From a virus (Duplodnaviria > Heunggongvirae > Uroviricota > Caudoviricetes), in IMG/VR virus record IMGVR_UViG_2778261464_000003, positions 1 through 8,243 of that record: 8,243 nucleotides of DNA. One strand, given 5' to 3'. Every line of letters begins with the position of its first letter. Positions within the stretch are counted from its first letter, which is position 1. A model generated the notes under the pieces. It did no database searches and had not been told where the DNA came from. It was given only the letters and a program-made list of their open reading frames with translations. This document shows, piece by piece, positions 1 through 4,438 of the stretch. Position numbers and translations under genes: made by a program.

Positions 1-26
1 TGTTTAGTTACGAGCGACATTGCTCC

Positions 27-54
27 GTGTATTCACTCGTTGGAATGAATACAC
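27..54. other. Inverted repeat with 9-bp arms (GTGTATTCA / TGAATACAC), 10-nt loop, just beyond the stop of the 99-722 gene
   Basis: Arms at 27-35 and 46-54 are exact reverse complements. A T-rich run follows on the + strand (61-80); no clean U-tract on the - strand. Function is not determinable from sequence. Confidence 0.25.
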
Positions 55-98
55 AGTGCAGTGTTTATTCTGTTGTTAGTGCCAAAAATAAAGGCCGA

Positions 99-722
99 CT
101 ATGCGGACTCGGAAGGAAGTCCAATCATCTTATTCAAATCTTCTACCCGTAAAGCAGGAAGTGCTGTACTTGCTTTGTCTGCTTCTTTTGGTAGCAATTC
201 TTTGCTTTCAGGCCAAACTTCAATAAGTCGCTTAACTGTTGTGACTGAGTTCAAAGCAGCCCATACATTTGATTCGATATCCTTTTTCTTGGCTTCAAGT
301 TTTTGTTGCAATGCGCAGATTTCATCAAACCTTTTTGTTATTTCGTGTTCTGCATCAAACATGCATTTATCTTTGGTTGGAGTAGGGAGCAATATATCTT
401 CGCCGTTGCCGTCTTTCCCATATGAATGCCATCCAACCCTTCTGCCAGATACAGTCAGATAAATTGAAGTAGAACGAACATCGTATGAGTAAAATGAACA
501 TCCCATCTTTTCAAGTTCTTCACTTATAGCTACTAACCTGGATGATAACTGATCCACTTCCTCAGTTTTCTTTTTACCGCCAAACGCAATAACTCTGGCG
601 TCAAGTGCAAGCTGGTTCTTTAACTTTGTTACTTCTTCAAGTTCAGTGAAAACCCCAGACTTAATTAAAGCGTTACGAGCGATTTTCTCTTTCATTCTCG
701 TAGTTAAGCGGATTGATGACAT
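99..722 (-). CDS. Hypothetical early-left (pL operon) protein, 207 aa, charged with coiled-coil-like stretches, no transmembrane segment
   Basis: Long ORF on the same strand as N and immediately downstream of it. The track ORF runs 99-782, but the internal ATG at 722 (MSSIRLTTRMKEK...) is preceded by GAGAGG with 7-nt spacing, whereas the 782 start has no RBS. Stop TAG at 99-101. No family recognised by eye. Confidence 0.6.
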   Translation of the reverse strand: MSSIRLTTRMKEKIARNALIKSGVFTELEEVTKLKNQLALDARVIAFGGKKKTEEVDQLSSRLVAISEELEKMGCSFYSYDVRSTSIYLTVSGRRVGWHSYGKDGNGEDILLPTPTKDKCMFDAEHEITKRFDEICALQQKLEAKKKDIESNVWAALNSVTTVKRLIEVWPESKELLPKEADKASTALPALRVEDLNKMIGLPSESA

Positions 723-783
723 ATTAATTCCTCTCAAATAAGTGGTTTGCTGCCTAATTTTATTTTCTGGCGACCAACACAAG

Positions 784-1056
784 TCATCTTGCTGTCAGTT
801 GTTTGGATTTCCGGTATCCTGCCGCGTAAAGAGCTACGTTCGGAAGACAAGTTGAACCTTCATATTTTCTGGTCAGCGTTGTCAGTGTTATTACTTCTGC
901 TCTCATTGCTGGTTTGCGTTTGCATTGCAAGACCACTCGTGAAGGGGTTGGCCTGTGTAGTTTGTCGGAGCTAATCGCCTCCTGACTTTGCAGGTTTGCT
1001 CGACGAGCTCTACGGCGAGAAGCTGCAGTGCCTTTAAATTCTGTTTTTCTGGACAT
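784..1056 (-). CDS. N: N-like transcription antiterminator (P22 gene 24 type), 90 aa
   Basis: Arginine-rich motif near the N-terminus (GTAASRRRARRANLQ). The C-terminal sequence LPNVALYAAGYRKSKQLTAR closely resembles the P22 gp24 C-terminus as I recall it. Start ATG at 1056 is preceded by GGGAGG with 5-nt spacing; the track start at 1140 has no RBS. Sits downstream of the pL/nutL candidates. Confidence 0.7.
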   Translation of the reverse strand: MSRKTEFKGTAASRRRARRANLQSQEAISSDKLHRPTPSRVVLQCKRKPAMRAEVITLTTLTRKYEGSTCLPNVALYAAGYRKSKQLTAR

Positions 1057-1154
1057 AGATTCCTCCCGAATAAACTCTGGTGATGCAATCTCGAAGCTCC
1101 TCCTGAGACGGTTGCTTCGGCATTGCATCCCACAGCTCATGTGGTTGGGTGATC

Positions 1155-1201
1155 TGGCTTTTCAGCCACGTAGTCGAGTGTTCGACGTTGTTTAAAGAGC
1201 C
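1155..1201 (-). promoter_or_regulatory. nutL-like site: boxA (1186-1201) and boxB hairpin (1155-1168)
   Basis: The - strand reads GGCTCTTTAAACAACG (boxA-like), then a 17-nt spacer, then TGGCT-GAAA-AGCCA (5-bp stem, GAAA loop). Nearly the same arrangement recurs downstream of cro (nutR candidate), which supports both calls. Confidence 0.55.
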
Positions 1202-1246
1202 TGCCAGTCTGTTCCGTTTGGCTTCCAGCGTCCTGCTGACGGTTAA

Positions 1247-1275
1247 ATAGTACGATATGTACTTTATTGGGTCAA
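1247..1275 (-). promoter_or_regulatory. pL-like early-left promoter: -35 TTGACC, 17-bp spacer, -10 TACTAT
   Basis: On the - strand, TTGACC (plus 1270-1275) and TACTAT (plus 1247-1252) are separated by exactly 17 bp. The site is upstream of nutL and N and overlaps the operator-like palindrome. Confidence 0.5.
1249..1263. promoter_or_regulatory. OL operator candidate: 15-bp palindrome AGTACGATATGTACT
   Basis: Near-perfect dyad with half-sites AGTAC(A/G)/TGTACT overlapping the pL -10 and spacer. Related copies occur in the cI-cro intergenic region (3516-3530, 3548-3562). A weaker related copy sits at about 1274-1288. Confidence 0.45.
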
Positions 1276-1464
1276 TACGATTTGTTCTAAAATAGGGTGA
1301 TTTTTTATAACACTTTGTATTTAATAGTGTTGTTTTTTAGCGTGGGTGTATCGCCTCGGCGATGTAAGGAGAGATCAGAATTGCGTGGTTTAGTGAGTTG
1401 TATCTATTTATTTTTCAATAAATACATTTGGTTATGTGTCTTTAGGTGGGGCGTGAGGCAAAGA

Positions 1465-1495
1465 AAACCCGGCGCGGTGGCCGGGTTTATTTATT
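1465..1495 (-). terminator. Intrinsic terminator (timm-like) ending the cI-cassette leftward operon; bidirectional in form
   Basis: 9-bp stem AAACCCGGC (1465-1473) / GCCGGGTTT (1480-1488) with loop GCGGTG. A T-run follows on both strands (minus RNA: hairpin then UUUUCUUUG; plus: UUUAUUUAUU). It directly abuts the stop codon (1491-1493) of the 216-aa gene. Confidence 0.6.
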
Positions 1496-2141
1496 GCTTA
1501 GGAGCTTGTTGTGATGACGATTGGTTAGTTGGAGCGCTCGTTAATGGTTGCTGTGTCGGTACCTGTATTATAATTGGAGCCGGGCTGGTTACTGATGGTG
1601 ACTTGTCATTGCCGGAGATAATCCAACTTGAGGCTAACATCACGCCAGACAGAATCACAGTAACTAAAGTCAAGCCAACGGCCATCGCCCACTGAGTCGT
1701 TGTAAGTCCCGTTTTCAAACCGCCGATTTCACCTTTAATTTCAGCAATACCTCTCTCAATAGAAGAAAATTGCTGAGTATAATAGGTTTTAAAGTCAGCT
1801 GATTCGCGACGCATTTCCGCAGCAATAGACTCTACCTCTGATTTGTTTTGTGAAAGCTTTGCGTCAAGTTCTTCTCTGGACATTCCGCTCACGCTTACCT
1901 CCAGGGTATCACTCTTCATCGCTACATCTTCCTTACTTGGGCGCAAACCCGTTTCGTCCATGGCGTATGAAACTCTATTTGATACCTTAGCATCAATACC
2001 AATACTTTGGTACTGAGATGGATCCCCATAAGGAGAAACGGTTGTCGCTGCTAGGGTTGCACTAACTATAATACTTGGAAGAACTGATGATGTTGTTCCT
2101 GAGGTAGGTTGAACTGAAGAAACTGGCTTCAGTCTTTCCAT
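1491..2141 (-). CDS. Cassette gene 3: 216-aa predicted membrane-anchored coiled-coil protein with a Ser/Thr/Pro/Gln-rich C-terminal tail
   Basis: ORF directly followed by the terminator. N-terminal hydrophobic segment (VLPSIIVSATLAATTV), a charged central region (EELDAKLSQNKSEVESIAAEMRRESADFK...), one clear transmembrane helix (WAMAVGLTLVTVILSGVMLASSWII), then a low-complexity tail. The start at 2141 overlaps the upstream gene stop by 13 nt; a weak AGGGA RBS lies about 9 nt upstream. No family recognised. Confidence 0.6.
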   Translation of the reverse strand: MERLKPVSSVQPTSGTTSSVLPSIIVSATLAATTVSPYGDPSQYQSIGIDAKVSNRVSYAMDETGLRPSKEDVAMKSDTLEVSVSGMSREELDAKLSQNKSEVESIAAEMRRESADFKTYYTQQFSSIERGIAEIKGEIGGLKTGLTTTQWAMAVGLTLVTVILSGVMLASSWIISGNDKSPSVTSPAPIIIQVPTQQPLTSAPTNQSSSQQAPKQ

Positions 2142-2395
2142 AGCCCATTATCCCTGAGAGCTACCTGTAATGATTTTACTAATGCAACAGCTTGATCCGG
2201 GCTCATTGAGACTGACATGTTAGGGGTCAACTCAACTTTTACTTGGAAGCTATTCTTTCCTTGCTCATCAGACTGCATGTGATGCTCAAATTCATGGCGG
2301 TAAAAAGTAATGATTGTTTCAGCACGATCAGGCGTAATAAGAACTGATGTGGCGGTCATGTGCTGAGGTATGATTTTAATAGTGTTATCTGACAT
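2129..2395 (-). CDS. Cassette gene 2: 88-aa hypothetical soluble protein (the track ORF extends to 2536)
   Basis: The ATG at 2395 (MSDNTIKIIPQ...) is preceded by AAAAAGGA with about 6-nt spacing. In-frame ATGs further upstream (2431, 2437, 2536) lack an RBS. Stop at 2129-2131 overlaps the start of gene 3. The start is uncertain; the protein could be up to 135 aa. Confidence 0.5.
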   Translation of the reverse strand: MSDNTIKIIPQHMTATSVLITPDRAETIITFYRHEFEHHMQSDEQGKNSFQVKVELTPNMSVSMSPDQAVALVKSLQVALRDNGLWKD

Positions 2396-2587
2396 AAGTA
2401 TCCTTTTTGTTTCCTTAGTATTTTTTTGCATTGACATCAGAAATAGCGAATCCACAAGAGTATGAGTAAAGCTAATCAGTTTAGTGATACGGTGACTATT
2501 AAAGTGGTAAACCACATCAAAGCTCGCAGAGTGCATACCAGGCTGTCACACATGACAAAGTAACGAGGATGCCTGATCTCATAGCGC

Positions 2588-2743
2588 TCAAAGAGACATG
2601 CCGATAATGGCATTAACCACGCATGACGCCATAAACACGCCGCCAACGATGAAGCTGGCTTGGTTCTTCCTGGTAGCGCCAAGAGTCAACAGAACCACTG
2701 AAAGGGCAAAAAAAGGTATCGCGATTATGCTGAACGTGTTCAT
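2588..2743 (-). CDS. Cassette gene 1: 51-aa small membrane protein with two predicted helices (not in the supplied ORF track)
   Basis: Manual translation of the - strand gives MNTFSIIAIPFFALSVVLLTLGATRKNQASFIVGGVFMASCVVNAIIGMSL. A GAGG RBS lies about 8 nt upstream of the ATG at 2743. Starts 78 nt downstream of the cI stop with no terminator between. Two hydrophobic stretches separated by RKNQ. Confidence 0.45.
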   Translation of the reverse strand: MNTFSIIAIPFFALSVVLLTLGATRKNQASFIVGGVFMASCVVNAIIGMSL

Positions 2744-2820
2744 GTTGACCTCAACTTATTTCGATTCTCCATCACCCTTAATCCGCCGCCCCATGTGTTT
2801 GTTGTGATCCGTTGCTGGCC

Positions 2821-3480
2821 TTAACCAAACGTCTCTTCAGGCCACTGGCTGGCGATAACTTTCCCCACAACGGAACAACTCTCATTGCATGGGATCATTG
2901 GGTACTGTGGGTTTAGTGGTTGTAAAAACACCTGACCGCTATCCCTGATCAGTTTCTTGAAGGTAAACTCATCACCCCCAAGTCTGGCTATGCAGAAATC
3001 ACCTGGCTCAACAGCCTGCTCAGGGTCAACCAGAATTAACATCCCGTCAGGAAAACTAGGTTTGGATCCTGTTGGCGCGGTCATGGAATTACCTTCAACC
3101 TCAAGCCAGAATGCAGAATCACTGGCTTTTTTGGTTGTGCTTACCCATCTCTCCGCATCACCTTTGGTAAAGGTTCTGAGTTCTGGAGAGAACATCCCAG
3201 CCTGAACATGAGAAAAAACAGGGTACTCATATTGTTTTTTAACTGGGGCCGATGAGTATTCGCCAACAGGTGAAAATGTCCCGTCGTGGTTGAATGATAT
3301 GTTATCAATACCAAGGTATTTAAACACCACACCAATATCACTAAGAGATGGATGACGAGATCCGCGCAACCAGTGTCCAATCCCACCCTGCGTCATACCT
3401 AGCTCTTCGGCTAACTTCTCTTGAGTTATGCCGAGCTCTTTCATTCTGGATCTAGCCAGTTCATACCATTTCATTTTCAT
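2821..3480 (-). CDS. cI: cI-type prophage repressor: HTH N-terminal domain plus LexA/S24-like autocleaving C-terminal domain (lambda-type), 219 aa
   Basis: The C-terminal ~130 aa ([30 protein letters not shown]...GNSMT...FKKLIRD...[12 protein letters not shown]) match lambda cI residues about 100-236 as I recall them, including the Ala-Gly cleavage site and Ser/Lys dyad context. The N-terminal ~80 aa are a different HTH domain ([22 protein letters not shown]). Start at 3480 (MKMKWYEL) has AAGGA upstream; the track start at 3522 is probably an upstream extension. Confidence 0.9.
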   Translation of the reverse strand: MKMKWYELARSRMKELGITQEKLAEELGMTQGGIGHWLRGSRHPSLSDIGVVFKYLGIDNISFNHDGTFSPVGEYSSAPVKKQYEYPVFSHVQAGMFSPELRTFTKGDAERWVSTTKKASDSAFWLEVEGNSMTAPTGSKPSFPDGMLILVDPEQAVEPGDFCIARLGGDEFTFKKLIRDSGQVFLQPLNPQYPMIPCNESCSVVGKVIASQWPEETFG

Positions 3481-3515
3481 GTCCTTATTATTACGCTCTG
3501 TATTGCAACCATCCA

Positions 3516-3564
3516 TGCACAATGTGTATTTTTACTTGCATTCAAAAAGTACATATTGTATTTT
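3516..3564. promoter_or_regulatory. OR/pR region: two operator-like dyads (3516-3530, 3548-3562) overlapping a pR-like promoter (-35 TTTACT 3531-3536, -10 TATTGT 3554-3559)
   Basis: TGCACAATGTGTATT and AGTACATATTGTATT fit the same pattern as the OL palindrome. The rightward -35/-10 pair has 17-bp spacing and lies about 30 nt upstream of the cro start. pRM (leftward) must lie here too but could not be pinned down. Confidence 0.5.
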
Positions 3565-3590
3565 TTCTTCATGGTTACTATGGAGGGCAT

Positions 3591-3806
3591 ATGAGCAACC
3601 TACGAAAATATCGAGAGTCACTGAATATCTCTCAAACAACACTTGCTAAGGCAGTTGGATGCACACAGGGAGCTATCGGACATTGGGAATCTGGTCGTCG
3701 CTTCCCAGACCTTAAAACATGCCGTGCTCTTGTTGCGTGTCTAAACAAGTTAGGCGCAAAAGTCAGTCTTGATGACGTGTTCCCGCCGGAACACAAAGCC
3801 GCTTAA
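3591..3806 (+). CDS. cro: Cro-like HTH repressor, 71 aa
   Basis: Divergent from cI across the operator region. GGAGGG RBS at 3582-3587. The HTH segment (ISQTTLAKAVGCTQGAIGHWESGRRFP) has a recognition helix nearly identical to the cI N-terminal domain ([15 protein letters not shown]), as expected for proteins sharing operators. The track ORF from 3522 is an upstream extension. Confidence 0.8.
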   Translation: MSNLRKYRESLNISQTTLAKAVGCTQGAIGHWESGRRFPDLKTCRALVACLNKLGAKVSLDDVFPPEHKAA

Positions 3807-3816
3807 TAAGCGGATC

Positions 3817-3862
3817 CGCTCTTTGTAACAACGGACATTCGTCCTACGTCGCTGAAAAGCGA
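3817..3862 (+). promoter_or_regulatory. nutR-like site: boxA (3817-3832, CGCTCTTTGTAACAAC) and boxB hairpin (3849-3862, TCGCT-GAAA-AGCGA)
   Basis: Same boxA core (GCTCTTT..AACAACG), about 16-17 nt spacer and 5-bp stem/GAAA-loop boxB as the nutL candidate on the other strand. Located just downstream of the cro stop. Confidence 0.55.
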
Positions 3863-3937
3863 ATCCCAGAATATCTGACCAACTAAGGCCATATGCGTTT
3901 CCACGCATACCTTTCAACTAACTATTCACTATTGGAA

Positions 3938-3970
3938 ATCTTAAGAAATGGAAAGAACAAGTTACAGCAA
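3938..3970 (-). promoter_or_regulatory. pRE-like cII-activated promoter candidate (TTGC-N6-TTGT flanking the -35, -10 TAAGAT)
   Basis: The - strand reads TTGCTGTAACTTGT (plus 3957-3970, inside the first codons of cII), then a 17-nt spacer, then TAAGAT (plus 3938-3943). This mirrors the lambda pRE layout, where the cII box overlaps the cII start. The second repeat is TTGT, not TTGC. Confidence 0.35.
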
Positions 3971-4244
3971 ACTATCACAGCGTGACGTTGATCGCGCAGA
4001 AACAGATTTACTTATCAATCTGTCAGCTATTACCCAGCGCGGTCTGGCAAAGATGATTGGCTGTCATGAATCGAAGATAAGCAGAACGGACTGGAGATTT
4101 ATTGCTTCGGTCTTGTGTGCTTTCGGAATGGCATCAGACATCAGTCCGATTAGCAGGGCTTTTAAGTATGCGCTTGATGGACTCACAAAGAAAAAATCCC
4201 CGGCCGCCACCGAGGATTTTAAGCAAATTGATATGCAATTCTGA
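3948..4244 (+). CDS. cII: cII-like transcriptional activator, 98 aa
   Basis: HTH region (GLAKMIGCHESKISR) and a C-terminus (KKKSPAATEDFKQIDMQF) closely resembling lambda cII (KKRPAATERSEQIQMEF). Positioned after cro/nutR as in lambda. Confidence 0.85.
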   Translation: MERTSYSKLSQRDVDRAETDLLINLSAITQRGLAKMIGCHESKISRTDWRFIASVLCAFGMASDISPISRAFKYALDGLTKKKSPAATEDFKQIDMQF

Positions 4245-4266
4245 GGGAATTACTGGATCAATCCAC
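4188..4266 (-). ncRNA. oop: OOP-like antisense RNA candidate (~78 nt) overlapping the 3' end of cII
   Basis: On the - strand, an extended -10 promoter TGtCATAAT (plus 4274-4282) lies about 80 nt upstream of an intrinsic terminator inside the cII 3' end (minus RNA: AAAAUCCUCGG-UGGCGG-CCGGGGAUUUU then UUCUUUG; plus 4193-4220). The terminator stem resembles the lambda oop terminator as I recall it. No good -35 found. Ends are approximate. Confidence 0.45.
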
Positions 4267-4276
4267 AGGAGTAATT

Positions 4277-4438
4277 ATGACAAAACGTCGTAAGAAATAC
4301 CAGGAAAAAGAAGAGATTCGACACCCTGATTCACCTGAGGGATTAGTGGTAGCCGCAGCAAATAACAGGGCGTTCGCAGAGCGCCTTGTTGGTGTTTACA
4401 GACTAGCCAAAGCAGGAGTGAAACATGGGCGTCGTTAA
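4277..4438 (+). CDS. Small basic ORF, 53 aa ([53 protein letters not shown]), not in the ORF track
   Basis: Good RBS AGGAG at 4267-4271 with 5-nt spacing to the ATG at 4277. Stop TAA at 4436-4438 overlaps the O start (4425). Fills a 180-nt cII-O gap that is short and non-coding in lambda. Function unknown. Confidence 0.4.
   Translation: MTKRRKKYQEKEEIRHPDSPEGLVVAAANNRAFAERLVGVYRLAKAGVKHGRR

Noticed and set aside
61-462. 133-aa + strand ORF
   Set aside because: Lies entirely antisense to the RBS-supported 99-722 gene, has no ATG start with an RBS, and the product is low-complexity and hydrophobic. Likely a shadow ORF.
747-1133. + strand 75-aa ORF (747-974) and - strand 76-aa ORF (903-1133)
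   Set aside because: Both overlap the N gene in other frames or strands. N has a strong RBS, an arginine-rich motif and a P22-like C-terminus; these alternatives have no support.
1057-1140. N-terminal extension of N to the track start at 1140 (118 aa)
   Set aside because: No RBS at 1140. The extension would begin 15 nt from the boxB hairpin and place the arginine-rich motif 35 residues in. The ATG at 1056 has GGGAGG at ideal spacing.
1297-1695. 132-aa Cys-rich + strand ORF across the pL/terminator region
   Set aside because: Crosses the candidate operators, promoter and a strong terminator hairpin, and overlaps the 216-aa gene antisense. No RBS. Treated as spurious.
2476-2807. - strand 68-aa ORF (2476-2682) and + strand 69-aa ORF (2598-2807)
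   Set aside because: Both overlap the RBS-supported 51-aa membrane ORF (2588-2743) in other frames or strand, and neither has a convincing start context.
2957-3386. + strand 82-aa and - strand 81-aa ORFs inside cI
   Set aside because: Internal to the confidently identified cI coding sequence in alternative frames or strand.
3428-3649. + strand 73-aa ORF spanning the cI start and operator region
   Set aside because: Runs through the divergent promoter/operator region and into cro out of frame. No RBS.
3891-3908. Hairpin ATGCGT-TTCC-ACGCAT between nutR and cII as a tR1 terminator
   Set aside because: No U-tract follows. Lambda tR1 is Rho-dependent, so a hairpin is not diagnostic. Too weak to call as a feature.
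4102-4293. + strand 63-aa ORF overlapping the cII 3' end
   Set aside because: Alternative frame inside cII, whose frame is supported by lambda-like sequence.
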